A stretch of DNA of 64,000 bases. Origin: Bacteroidota bacterium. Lineage in GTDB: Bacteria > Bacteroidota > Bacteroidia > Chitinophagales > LD1. A program made the position numbers and the translations under genes. The notes beneath the pieces were generated by a model. The model made no database searches. It was given only the letters and a program-made list of their open reading frames with translations, and was not told where the DNA came from. Below are positions 34,071-43,304 of the stretch, in pieces (position 1 is the stretch's first letter; each line of letters opens with the position of its first letter). The stretch lies in NCBI GenBank assembly GCA_947479455.1, contig CANJZE010000008.1:66798-130797 (forward strand), written 5' to 3'.

Positions 34071-36521
34071 TTAGTAAACTTTATACCCCTCAAAAACGCT
34101 TTCCAGTTGATTGAGATTTACATTTTGTGAAGTGCCTGTGCTTTGCAAAACAACTACGTCAACCACATCGCCTGAATAAAGCTTGAAGTTGCTGTTTAAA
34201 ATCAGTTGAGCTGTTGCGCCTGTTGAAATTGTTTGTCTTGTTTGTTCTGAAATAATTCCGTTTACCCGAAGTGCGAGTATTGCATTGCCGCTTGAGGAAA
34301 AATTCTCCCAAAGTATTTTCACATCAAAATGATACATGCCTTCGGAATAAACATTGAATGTTCCTAAGCCTGCATCGTAATAGTTGCCATCATTGAAATT
34401 GATATTGTCGAAAAGGATTTGCGTTTCAACTCCACTGGTCACACTCAGCAAACCATTCTGGCTATACGCACTGAAACCTTTCTTCGGATTATCTTCCCCC
34501 CACGAAGCCAAACCTGTGGCATCTGAAATTAAAACCTTACCTGCTGCTGGTCCACCGCCCGTAATTTTTACTTGACCGTTCACTTCTAATTTTGCAGCTG
34601 GAGCGGGTGTGCCAATGCCTACGTTATCATTGGCGAAATCAATAGTGAGTGCATCGTTACCCGTGTTGAAATTAAAAACACGGTAGTTATTGTTGTTCAA
34701 AGTTCCAACTAACCATTGTGCCGAATTATTTAAACTGTACTGAACGGCCGATTGATCATTAGTAGCACTTGATTTATCTAAAATGAAAATGGACCGATTG
34801 AAAGTTCCGCCTTGACCTTTCAATTTGAAAATCGCATCGGTATTAAATGCAGCATCAATATTATAAGCAGGCGAAGCAGACACCAATCCAATTCCAATTT
34901 TTCCGGTTTCTGTAATCCGCATTCTTTCAATAGAAGACGTTCCAAAACTCAACGACTCGTTTTCGTAATTAGTAATAAACGCAGCACCATTGCTGTTGCT
35001 GTGACCAATAACTAAACCATCTGAAGGGCCAGTGCCAGTTGCAGAAGAAGCAATTTGAAAACGCGAAGGCTGAGCCGCTGCATTCTTTACTACCAAATCA
35101 TTTACAGGCGAAGTAACGTTAATGCCTATTCTTCCATCCTGCGAAATTGTTACTCTTTCACTTCCACTTGTGCCAATAGAAACATTTTCTGTTTCATAAT
35201 TCATTAATTGAACTTCTCCTGTGTTACTTCTTTGTCCAATTACAAAGCCATCAAATTTTAAAATGCCTGTTACGGAAGAAACCAACTGAATAGCCGCTGT
35301 ATCAAACCCTGCCGACACCACCAATTCGCGCTGCGGGTTTATCGTTCCTATTCCAACTTTACCGGCTTCATTAATTCGCATTCTTTCCAACGAATTTGTC
35401 CCAAACAACAACGGTTTGTTTTCCTGGTTCATCAATTGTGCCGTTCCAAAAACATCGCTTTGCCCAACAAGCAAGCCATCAGTAGCTAACTGACCGGTAA
35501 GCACAGAAACAATTTGCTGTAAAGTAGGTAGACCCGATTGACTAATAAGTACCAAGTCGCGTTGCGGAGAGGATGTGCCGATTCCCACCAAACCGTCTTT
35601 CGTGAATCGTATGCGTTCATTACCCGAAGTGCTTATGAATAAATCTTTATTCTCCATTTGCATTATTCCCGCTTGGCTACTGTCATTTACGGAAATCAAA
35701 AATCCATCGCTCGCGTTCTTACCCGTACTATCTGTTGTTAGTTGTAAACCTGTTGCGTTGGTGTTGTGAATTTGCAAACTGTTTTGCGGAGTAGAAGTAT
35801 GAATACCCACATTGGTTCCGTTATCGAAAATAGAAGAGTTGCCCAAGGAAACAGAGTCAGGCGTAAATTTAGCTACGTAATTTAATGTGCCCGAGGCATA
35901 TCCAACTCCAGTCGCTCCTGTAACACCTGTTGAACCGGTGTTTCCCTTTAAACCAGTTGCACCGGTAACACCGTTTAATCCATTTGTTCCCGTAGATCCT
36001 GTATTTCCTTTTGCACCTGTTGGTCCGGTTGTTCCGCTTAATCCTGTTGCACCCGTAACTCCGTTGGCACCATTATTTCCATTTGCGCCAGTAGCACCTG
36101 TCGCTCCGCCACCACCGTTGCCTGCTGTTTCCGCATACAAAGCATAGGGCACGCTAAGTAGCTGCGATGAGCCAACAATCAAATAATTGTTTCCGCCCTG
36201 TGCATCAAATTCTACTTGTAAATATTTTAAGCCGCTACCCCAATTGATGCTTGAAAAATTTCCAATACCCGCTGGTCCTTCGCCCACCATAGCGGTAAAC
36301 AAACCGAACTGATTGGTTTGTAAATATTGTGTTTCCTGATAAATGATTGGTCCCGTAACCGCAATATCGCGAATAGAAAAGCGGACGCTGATGTTTTGAT
36401 TAACGTTTATGGCGCCAGAACCATCGCGAGCTACTGCCTGATAATTGAATTTATGCGGCACTTGCGACCAGCCAATATTTGCCATAAGCACAAGAACAAA
36501 AAGGGTAACTTTTTTTTTCAT
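34071..36521 (-). CDS. Secreted protein with a collagen-like G-X-T repeat tract, five ~75-aa internal repeats and a C-terminal C1q/TNF-like globular domain
   Basis: The protein has a signal peptide [20 protein letters not shown] and a (GxT)n tract at about aa 134-206. Repeats of the type ERMRI.E.GKVGIGT..P...LVV follow. The C-terminus GFSAY...[15 protein letters not shown]...[15 protein letters not shown]...LYSGDVVDV...SVFEGYKVY fits the C1q head pattern. Confidence 0.75.
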   Translation of the reverse strand: MKKKVTLFVLVLMANIGWSQVPHKFNYQAVARDGSGAINVNQNISVRFSIRDIAVTGPIIYQETQYLQTNQFGLFTAMVGEGPAGIGNFSSINWGSGLKYLQVEFDAQGGNNYLIVGSSQLLSVPYALYAETAGNGGGGATGATGANGNNGANGVTGATGLSGTTGPTGAKGNTGSTGTNGLNGVTGATGLKGNTGSTGVTGATGVGYASGTLNYVAKFTPDSVSLGNSSIFDNGTNVGIHTSTPQNSLQIHNTNATGLQLTTDSTGKNASDGFLISVNDSSQAGIMQMENKDLFISTSGNERIRFTKDGLVGIGTSSPQRDLVLISQSGLPTLQQIVSVLTGQLATDGLLVGQSDVFGTAQLMNQENKPLLFGTNSLERMRINEAGKVGIGTINPQRELVVSAGFDTAAIQLVSSVTGILKFDGFVIGQRSNTGEVQLMNYETENVSIGTSGSERVTISQDGRIGINVTSPVNDLVVKNAAAQPSRFQIASSATGTGPSDGLVIGHSNSNGAAFITNYENESLSFGTSSIERMRITETGKIGIGLVSASPAYNIDAAFNTDAIFKLKGQGGTFNRSIFILDKSSATNDQSAVQYSLNNSAQWLVGTLNNNNYRVFNFNTGNDALTIDFANDNVGIGTPAPAAKLEVNGQVKITGGGPAAGKVLISDATGLASWGEDNPKKGFSAYSQNGLLSVTSGVETQILFDNINFNDGNYYDAGLGTFNVYSEGMYHFDVKILWENFSSSGNAILALRVNGIISEQTRQTISTGATAQLILNSNFKLYSGDVVDVVVLQSTGTSQNVNLNQLESVFEGYKVY
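35904..36122 (-). repeat. Collagen-like triplet repeat coding tract (GXT/GXN)n
   Basis: The tract encodes [72 protein letters not shown]. The antisense strand gives the spurious [11 protein letters not shown] (35887-36147). Confidence 0.8.
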
Positions 36522-36660
36522 AACATTTAATTTTGCTCAACCGACCTGTCAAAATTATTTACGGTTAAAACTACACATAGTTTGTGCCGCACGTTAGAAA
36601 AGGCAGTAAATTATTTTATGGAAACATTGTTAGCTGTATAGAATAAAAGAACCTCCAATT

Positions 36661-37302
36661 TTATTTGCCGAGCATTTGATTGATGGCTTCATCCACCGTT
36701 TGATTTACGCCCGGCACCGAAGGAAGTGTTTGTTGCTCCTCAGCTATGTAAACTTTCAAATCAAACTTGTAGGGCATGAAATAAAACATCAGGGCTTTTA
36801 CGGTAGCCGTTTTAGAAATCTTTCGATTGATTTTGTTTTTCTCCAACACCGGAATAATGAATTCATATAGTTTGCCTCTAACCGCAGAGGTCATGTTCGA
36901 AGTGGCTTTTTCGTTCAATATCATTCTGTCAAATTTCAATTCGCAGTATTGAAGTTTAGTATCGGGCAGCCAAACTTCTACCGTTTCTTCATTTCTAAAC
37001 AATCTGAAATTACGAACGGTTAAATCTACACCATAACGTGCGTAGTATGGAATACTAAAGGAAACAGTTTCTGCTTTTGAATCCGTATTCAGCAAATTAA
37101 AAAGGGCTTCATCATCTTGCTTTGTAATCGAAACAGAAATAACGGAATCGAATTCAACCGTGGTACCCTGCACCAAATTTTTTACGGTTGGAAAATTTGC
37201 AACTAAGCCATTGCGTACTTTTTCGGCTCCTTTAATAAATCCTATCACCACACCTGCTGTAGTAAGGATAGCAATAAGAAGAAGGACAAGTATTTTTTTC
37301 AT
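36661..37302 (-). CDS. Membrane-anchored protein, DUF4230-like
   Basis: An N-terminal TM helix MKKILVLLLIAILTTAGVVIGF is followed by YYARYGVDLTVRNF...ETVEVWLPDTKL, which resembles the DUF4230 pattern. Confidence 0.4.
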   Translation of the reverse strand: MKKILVLLLIAILTTAGVVIGFIKGAEKVRNGLVANFPTVKNLVQGTTVEFDSVISVSITKQDDEALFNLLNTDSKAETVSFSIPYYARYGVDLTVRNFRLFRNEETVEVWLPDTKLQYCELKFDRMILNEKATSNMTSAVRGKLYEFIIPVLEKNKINRKISKTATVKALMFYFMPYKFDLKVYIAEEQQTLPSVPGVNQTVDEAINQMLGK

Positions 37303-37409
37303 GCAGTTTGTTTTTGATAACCTTAAAGTTTGACCTATCGAATTTTTTAAATGAGAATAATTTGGATCGTTTTTTTTCGTATAGCACTTTTGTTTTGCAC
37401 AAAAGGTTT

Positions 37410-37856
37410 TTAATCCTGTCCTTCTTCCTTCTTCAATAATTCTCCTTTGGTTGAGTAGACCAATTCATAATTCTTGGTTCCCTTAAATGCAATCAATTCG
37501 TAGTTGATTATGTTCTCCGGTTTTTCAACTTCAAATACTTCCTGCAATTGATATCCTTCAAATTCTTTTTGAAAAGCGTTCTGCACTTTCATTGGAACCG
37601 TGTTGTACTTTATTTCGGTTTCGGTTTCTAGCCATTTACCGCTGTTATCAAATAGAGCACTCTGTCTTTTTTTGCCATTGAAAAATTCCACTTCAAAATC
37701 TTTTTCCTCTTTACTCCATCCGGGTTGCGAGCCGTTAGGAAATTTTAGTTTGAACGCGTTCGCTGCTGCTGCCGGCACTTTGTCCATCGTAAGTTTCTGT
37801 GCAAAGCATAAAGAGGTTGCCATGCTTGCCATTAAAATGAGTGTTAGTTTTTTCAT
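37410..37856 (-). CDS. PepSY-like (DUF2874-type) periplasmic protein
   Basis: A signal peptide is followed by two repeats of the type VP..v...F...FP......W..E...yEVeF...G......fd.sGkwl. Confidence 0.55.
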   Translation of the reverse strand: MKKLTLILMASMATSLCFAQKLTMDKVPAAAANAFKLKFPNGSQPGWSKEEKDFEVEFFNGKKRQSALFDNSGKWLETETEIKYNTVPMKVQNAFQKEFEGYQLQEVFEVEKPENIINYELIAFKGTKNYELVYSTKGELLKKEEGQD

Positions 37857-37859
37857 GAT

Positions 37860-39164
37860 TCAATTTTGTGTTTGTGTTTTTGCTGAAACAAATACCTCCA
37901 CATTTTTTTCCACCGCTATGTTTAACTCTGTTTTATAAAACCAAACAGCGGCTAATGCAGTAATTGCAAAATAAGCAACTACAACAGCCGAACCCATTGG
38001 TAAAAAATCATTTAATCCAAACCAGTCGCCACTCACCACTGTAAAGCAAACAATACCTGCTCCAATCATTACCATGCTTACTACACCGTATTTTTTTTTA
38101 TCGAGCAGCGCAGTAAATCCGAAAATAGCCAACATCAAAATAATTCCGTTAATAAGTGCTTCTGCTTGGCTGATTTCGCCAAATCGAAAAAACAAAAAGG
38201 ACAACAGAAGAAAAACAACCGTGATGTGCAATACACTAAAAGCTTGAAACCAATTACTGTAAATGGGATTGTGTTTTTTTAAGTCGCTCATTTTTTCAAC
38301 CGTGAACAACGGATATTTTTCCATTACATCGGCTGGTCGCCATCCGGTTGGCATAAACCAAATGCGAAATTTATCGCCCATGTTTTTTGTGTGCCATGCA
38401 TCAACTGCTAACGTGTACCAGTGTTTAAAGTTGATGATATAAGGGTTCCACGTTTGTGCCGGTCTGCGCATGCCATACACACAAGGTTCGCTCGAAAGTT
38501 CTTCCTGAAACGTGCCGAACATTCTATCCCAAACAATAAAAATTTGGCTGTAATTTTTATCCATATAAATATCGTTCATGGCATGGTGCACGCGGTGTTG
38601 TGAGGGTGTAACAATAATATATTCCAGAAAACCCAACTTACCAATGTAGCGCGTGTGATACCAAAACTGACTGAACAAATGAATAGGGCCAACAAGTGCC
38701 AACACTCCCGGGGATATACCAATCAATGCCATAGGCACAAGCATCAATGTATAGACATTCGTCATTACCGCTATTTGCTGACGCAGGGCGCAGGGCAAAT
38801 TAAATTCTTCGCTACTGTGATGTACCAAATGATGACTCCAGAAAAAATTTACACGGTGTTGTAACCGATGTGCCCAATAACCGCTGAAATCGAAAAACAC
38901 AAATACGATAATGTATGGCCAAAAACTTTCTTTGCCCCATTCCATTAAATGCAAGTGTTGCTCCAAAAACGTGTAAGACACAATAACGATAGTTAAGCCC
39001 AAAGTTGATTTCAGAATATTGGTCATGCCGGAGGTTAAACTTGAAACGGTGTCTATTACCGGTTGATGTTCCTTGTGTTTCCATCTGCCCCAAACCATTT
39101 CAATAATAATTAGCACAAGAAAACCCGGCATAGCAATCAATAAAATGTTTCCGTAAGCGTTCAT
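37860..39164 (-). CDS. Fatty acid hydroxylase/sterol desaturase family membrane protein with an extra C-terminal multi-TM domain
   Basis: The histidine boxes HRLQH, HHLVHH and HRVHH appear in the correct order. About 130 additional C-terminal residues form hydrophobic helices. Confidence 0.8.
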   Translation of the reverse strand: MNAYGNILLIAMPGFLVLIIIEMVWGRWKHKEHQPVIDTVSSLTSGMTNILKSTLGLTIVIVSYTFLEQHLHLMEWGKESFWPYIIVFVFFDFSGYWAHRLQHRVNFFWSHHLVHHSSEEFNLPCALRQQIAVMTNVYTLMLVPMALIGISPGVLALVGPIHLFSQFWYHTRYIGKLGFLEYIIVTPSQHRVHHAMNDIYMDKNYSQIFIVWDRMFGTFQEELSSEPCVYGMRRPAQTWNPYIINFKHWYTLAVDAWHTKNMGDKFRIWFMPTGWRPADVMEKYPLFTVEKMSDLKKHNPIYSNWFQAFSVLHITVVFLLLSFLFFRFGEISQAEALINGIILMLAIFGFTALLDKKKYGVVSMVMIGAGIVCFTVVSGDWFGLNDFLPMGSAVVVAYFAITALAAVWFYKTELNIAVEKNVEVFVSAKTQTQN

Positions 39165-39239
39165 GGTGATAAAGTTTTGTCAGTAATAATCGGAATTTTT
39201 TCTGGTTTAGGCGTGTAAAAAAATTCATACAACTTCGTT

Positions 39240-39313
39240 GATGATTACGCAGAAAGCAGCCATAGATTTTAAAGATTTAATCCAAAAATCAATGTGTTTT
39301 CTGCGTAATCATC
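39240..39313. promoter_or_regulatory. 16-bp perfect inverted repeat in the divergent intergenic region (hydroxylase / amidase)
   Basis: gatgattacgcagaaa (39240-39255) and tttctgcgtaatcatc (39298-39313) are separated by a 42-nt spacer. The repeat lies ~60 nt upstream of the amidase ATG. Confidence 0.5.
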
Positions 39314-39370
39314 CGTTAGGTAATGGTTTTGTATTTATGCACTTAATACAAAAAATATCAATTCAAATTT

Positions 39371-40789
39371 ATGAGCAAACGAATCAGTGCATTTACCAAC
39401 GATGCTTTAGGAAACATGGATGCTGTAGCAGTAGCGGAAGCCATTGCAAAAAAGAAAGTTACCGTGCAGGAAGTAACCGAAGCGGCTATTGCGCGTGCCG
39501 AAAAAGTAAACGGTGATTTAAATGCCATCGTTATAAAAACTTACGATGATGCACGTAATTATTCTTCGCTTGCAAAAGATGGTGCCCTGTATGGCGTTCC
39601 TTCTTTTATTAAAGACAACGAAAACATTAAAGGTTATCCTACGCAGTTAGGTACTGGTTCTTTCAGTTCAAAAATTGCGAAGAGCAATAGCACATACGTC
39701 AACCAGTTTCTTTCTACCGGTGCAAATAATTTAGGTAAAAGCACTTTGCCCGAGTTCGGGTTAATATGCAGCACCGAAAATGAGCGCTGGGGAATTACAC
39801 GCAATCCTTGGAATACCGATTACACTACGGGCGGTTCTTCTTCGGGTTCAGGGGCTTTGGTAGCAAGTGGAGTGGTTCCTATTGCATCGGCCAATGATGG
39901 TGCGGGCTCTATTCGTATTCCCGCTGCGTGTTGCGGATTGGTAGGATTGAAACCTACACGACACCGGTTGGTGCCGGTAGATGGTACGCAAATAATGCCG
40001 CTTCAAATTGTATATGAAGGTGTGCTTACACGCAGCGTACGCGATACTGCTACCTTTTTTGCGGCTGCCGAAAAGTTTTATAAAAATCCAAACCTACCGC
40101 AATTGGGTCACGTGCAACATGCATCAAAGAAAAAATTGCGCATTGTGTTTTTTGAAAATCCTCTGGTGGGGAAAGGCGCACATCAAGATGATGATACTTA
40201 TCGTGTGCAGTTAGAAACCGTGGCTTTGTTGCAATCGCTCGGACATACAGTTGTGCAGTTGCCTTTTCCTGTTGATGTAGATACAATGACCGAACACTAC
40301 TTGCTTTACTATGGCTTTCTTGCTTACATGCTCAGTCATCATGGTCGTTTGGTGTTAGGTGCTAAAGTAAATCATGATGTGCTGGAGCCATTTACGTTGG
40401 GGCTAAGCAAAAAATTTAAAGACAACAAACTGAAACTGCCGCGGAGTATTAAAACCCTGCGCAAGGTAGGCGTAGATACCGAAAAGCTTTTTGACTCTTA
40501 CGATGTAATTATGACTCCCGTATTGGCGCACACCACGCCCAAAATCGGGCACTTTTCTCCCAAGCTTTCTTACGAAGAAGTTACTAAGCGGGCAGTAGAG
40601 TTTGCCGCTTACTGCGGTTTACAAAACATTACTGGCGCACCGGCTATTTCTTTGCCTATGGGTACAACAGAAAACGGAATGCCCATTGCCGTTCAATTCT
40701 CTGCCCCTTTTGGTTTAGACCAACGCCTGCTCGAGCTGGCTTATGAAATGGAAGAAGCAAAGCCGTGGGATTTTATTTACGGTAAATAG
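39371..40789 (+). CDS. Amidase-signature family amidase
   Basis: GGSSSGSGALVASGVVPIASANDGAGSIRIPAACCGLVGLKPT is the amidase signature sequence, including the Ser-cisSer-Lys context. Confidence 0.85.
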   Translation: MSKRISAFTNDALGNMDAVAVAEAIAKKKVTVQEVTEAAIARAEKVNGDLNAIVIKTYDDARNYSSLAKDGALYGVPSFIKDNENIKGYPTQLGTGSFSSKIAKSNSTYVNQFLSTGANNLGKSTLPEFGLICSTENERWGITRNPWNTDYTTGGSSSGSGALVASGVVPIASANDGAGSIRIPAACCGLVGLKPTRHRLVPVDGTQIMPLQIVYEGVLTRSVRDTATFFAAAEKFYKNPNLPQLGHVQHASKKKLRIVFFENPLVGKGAHQDDDTYRVQLETVALLQSLGHTVVQLPFPVDVDTMTEHYLLYYGFLAYMLSHHGRLVLGAKVNHDVLEPFTLGLSKKFKDNKLKLPRSIKTLRKVGVDTEKLFDSYDVIMTPVLAHTTPKIGHFSPKLSYEEVTKRAVEFAAYCGLQNITGAPAISLPMGTTENGMPIAVQFSAPFGLDQRLLELAYEMEEAKPWDFIYGK

Positions 40790-40851
40790 TTTGGTTTCAA
40801 AAAAAACTGACAGGGCAGTAAAAAAATACGAATGCTAAAGATTGGAATCAA

Positions 40852-41346
40852 TCATTCTTTTGTTGCGGGAATGGGCACCGACAACTCCTTTCCTGCGTAA
40901 TAGGAATATTTAATGCCGAAATAATCTTTGTCTTTTATGCCCACCATACCTCGCAATACAAGATTCTGGGTTTCGCACGTGCTCAAAAATTTGTCGTAAT
41001 GCAGATTGTCGTTTTTTTGCTTGTAACCTAACTTAATCAGATTGTGAACCATTTTTGCATAATCTTCTTCACTCGCTGTAAAATATTCCACCTCTACATA
41101 TCGCGCACCTTCGCTGTCTTTTTTGATGGAGAGATAGATAATTTCTCGGGTGGAACGGTTTAGCAATTTCAGTTTAATGTTTTCTCCGCTGCTGCTGTCC
41201 TGCTTCACTACAAAATCCTTTTTAAGCCAATACTCTTTCGGGCTTTTTACCGAATTCATTCTTTCAAAATCTTTGAGGTAAACCGTTTGCGCAAAACAGT
41301 AAGTGGTTGTTTTTATCAAGACTAGAAGCAGAAAAAAATTTTTCAT
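40852..41346 (-). CDS. Hypothetical secreted protein
   Basis: The product has a signal peptide MKNFFLLLVLIKTTTYCFAQ. The gene has a 4-nt overlap with the upstream DinB-like gene. Confidence 0.45.
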   Translation of the reverse strand: MKNFFLLLVLIKTTTYCFAQTVYLKDFERMNSVKSPKEYWLKKDFVVKQDSSSGENIKLKLLNRSTREIIYLSIKKDSEGARYVEVEYFTASEEDYAKMVHNLIKLGYKQKNDNLHYDKFLSTCETQNLVLRGMVGIKDKDYFGIKYSYYAGKELSVPIPATKE

Positions 41347-41831
41347 TGCAATCTTGTTTTGAAAATTTCAATTTGTCTGCGATGGCGAATAACGTGCATA
41401 ACCGCATGCTCAAGCAGTTGGTCAATATCGAAGGTTTGTCCCCACGGAGATTTAATAATGTTGTTCCTAATTTCTTCATCGGTAATGTTCGCCTTTGGAG
41501 TTAAACGCACTTCGCTGTGCATCAGTAGCGCTTCCAATTCAGCGCAAGAATTTTCAATGCTACTTACATCCACTTCTTTTTTGCGCTCGTAAGGTAGGTC
41601 GCCAAATTGTTTGGCTATCATATACAAGTAACCATAACCCGCGAGCAGAGTGTGATTAGTAACCGACTGCACCGAAACGCAATTTTTATTCAGCGTAACC
41701 GCATCAGCAATGGCGGTGAACTGCTGCGGGCTTAAACTATGCAGTACCTCTTTGTATTCTTCAATGGCTTTTTGGTATTCATCGAGCAGGGCATCTATAA
41801 AGCCCTTGTTTTGGCGGAATGTTTTTGGCAC
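41343..41831 (-). CDS. DinB-family (DinB_2-like) four-helix-bundle protein
   Basis: The size, helical pattern and His residues (NHTLL..., LLEHAVMHVIRHRRQIE) are typical of the DinB/YfiT-like metal-binding triad. Confidence 0.55.
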   Translation of the reverse strand: MPKTFRQNKGFIDALLDEYQKAIEEYKEVLHSLSPQQFTAIADAVTLNKNCVSVQSVTNHTLLAGYGYLYMIAKQFGDLPYERKKEVDVSSIENSCAELEALLMHSEVRLTPKANITDEEIRNNIIKSPWGQTFDIDQLLEHAVMHVIRHRRQIEIFKTRLQ

Positions 41832-41840
41832 AGGTTTAAA

Positions 41841-42728
41841 TTAAGCACCTTCAAAAAAATCTTCATCCAACTGTTTGACCTCATAATTAGATTTGATTTG
41901 AACTCCAACATTGTATTGATGCATTAGGTCAACAAGCTTTTTACCATCGATCAAAATGATAGTATGATGAGCGTCATGTGCTTTTTGAATTGCTGCTTTG
42001 TCAAATTCAGAAGTTGTTACAAATACACCTTTTCGCGTATCGCCACTCATAGCACCTATAAAATTTCTGATATCTTTTTCGCGAACTTTGTTTTCATCAT
42101 ACCTCTTTGCTTGGATATAAATTTTATCTAAGCCAAGTTTATCTTCATTGATAATACCATCTATTCCACCATCGCCCGTTTTTGCAGTTTCGGTAAAATC
42201 ACCGTATCCCATTCGTTGAAGCAACAACAGAATTACTTTTTCAAAATAAAAAGGGTCAATACTTTTGAGCTTCTCTAGGAGATCACTCTTGACTTCAGAT
42301 TCTATTTGAGCAAACCCCGAATCAATTAAGTCCTGAGGCGAAGAGGTAATTTGCGGTTGAGTAGTTCCTTTCCCTTTTGTTTTCTCATCAGAATAAAAAT
42401 CCATGAAGTCGGATCCACCTTCCACCTCGTGAAGTTGCAATTTACCGCTGCTGGTTTTCTTTCCCTTCTCAGTAATTTGCACCATGCCTCTTTCCGGATA
42501 AATTATATATCCACCTTTCTTCAAATAGGACTTACCCCATGCGATGCGGTTCAGAATCAAAGTTTCACCGGTCTTTGTTTTTTCTTCCAATAATTCTTTC
42601 GGCAGTTTCGAATAATACTTCTCGACAACTCTTTTCAATAACTCTCTATGATGAACAATGTTTCCATCACTTAAAATATCAAGTATTGGATTAAACGTTT
42701 CGTGAAACTTGGGTAGTTCTTGTTGCAT
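41841..42728 (-). CDS. Mrr-type restriction endonuclease (Mrr_N winged helix + Mrr_cat PD-(D/E)xK)
   Basis: The N-terminus is FHETFNPILDILSDGNIVHHRELLKRV (Mrr_N). The catalytic part is FEKVILLLLQRMGYG...GDGGIDGII...IYIQAKRY. Confidence 0.85.
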   Translation of the reverse strand: MQQELPKFHETFNPILDILSDGNIVHHRELLKRVVEKYYSKLPKELLEEKTKTGETLILNRIAWGKSYLKKGGYIIYPERGMVQITEKGKKTSSGKLQLHEVEGGSDFMDFYSDEKTKGKGTTQPQITSSPQDLIDSGFAQIESEVKSDLLEKLKSIDPFYFEKVILLLLQRMGYGDFTETAKTGDGGIDGIINEDKLGLDKIYIQAKRYDENKVREKDIRNFIGAMSGDTRKGVFVTTSEFDKAAIQKAHDAHHTIILIDGKKLVDLMHQYNVGVQIKSNYEVKQLDEDFFEGA

Positions 42729-42821
42729 GCTTTATGTTTTGTGTCGCTTATACATTTACTTAAACAAATGTCGAATAATGAATTGGTAGCTGTTTCGGTG
42801 TTTATCCTTCATCATTCTGTA

Positions 42822-42901
42822 TTACATACTTCTCCTATACTGACCACCCATTTCATACAGCGCATGAGATATTTGCCCGAGCGAGCAAACCTTTACGGTT
42901 T
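42822..42901 (-). pseudogene. Orphan duplicate of the last ~26 codons plus stop of icmF
   Basis: The 80 bp at 42822-42901 align with 43305-43384 (the true icmF 3' end). A 49-bp block is identical (42853-42901 = 43336-43384), and the remaining 31 bp differ at a handful of positions, most of which are synonymous in my translation. The copy would encode ...[24 protein letters not shown]. Confidence 0.7.
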
Positions 42902-43178
42902 ACTTTTTCTCGCGCACATTCTCTTTAATCTTCTCCCATGTAGTTCGTCCGGTAGTATTCTGGTAAGTGTTTAGCCGCTTATCCAAAACTTCTTGCACTT
43001 CGAAAGTGTTGTGTTCTTCATCCCATGTTTCAATTAGCAGCGTAAGCAAATCAACTTCTTCTTTCGCTGCTTTTGATTTTGCTCCGCTTTCCAAAAGTGT
43101 TTCCAATTCTTTGCAGTAAACGTTGTATTGGCTTTTGCTTTTTATCACTTTATACTTCTCTATTTTCAAACTATTCAT
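42900..43178 (-). CDS. Small protein resembling only the N-terminal helical part of HigA-type antitoxins (no HTH), possibly a truncated remnant
   Basis: IKSKSQYNVYCKELETLLESG...EEVDLLTLLIETWDEEH follows the pattern I.se.eY..al..i..L.......e.d.l.lL..LIe.YEe.H. The stop abuts the duplicated icmF fragment. Confidence 0.35.
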   Translation of the reverse strand: MNSLKIEKYKVIKSKSQYNVYCKELETLLESGAKSKAAKEEVDLLTLLIETWDEEHNTFEVQEVLDKRLNTYQNTTGRTTWEKIKENVREKK

Positions 43179-43217
43179 GTTACAAAAGTAATAAAGGGAT
43201 TTCAGTTGGTTTTAACT

Positions 43218-43282
43218 TCGTTAATCTAAAATCGTTAATCGTTGTTCTTAAATCAAATTGATTAGCGATTGAAGATTAACGA
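43218..43282. promoter_or_regulatory. Symmetric array of four 9-mers (2 direct + 2 inverted) upstream of the 92-aa ORF
   Basis: tcgttaatc occurs at 43218 and 43232. Its complement gattaacga occurs at 43274, with a 1-mismatch copy gattagcga at 43260. Spacing within each pair is 14 bp. Confidence 0.5.
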
Positions 43283-43304
43283 ATGCAGATTGCAGAAGTT
43301 TTAA

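Noticed and set aside
35887-36147. An 86-aa ORF rich in PVAPVTPV
   Set aside because: It is the antisense reading of the collagen-like GXT repeat tract of the 816-aa gene.
39238-39516. A 92-aa ORF upstream of and overlapping the amidase start
   Set aside because: It spans the 16-bp inverted repeat and runs out of frame into the amidase gene. It has no motif, so the region is better explained as regulatory.
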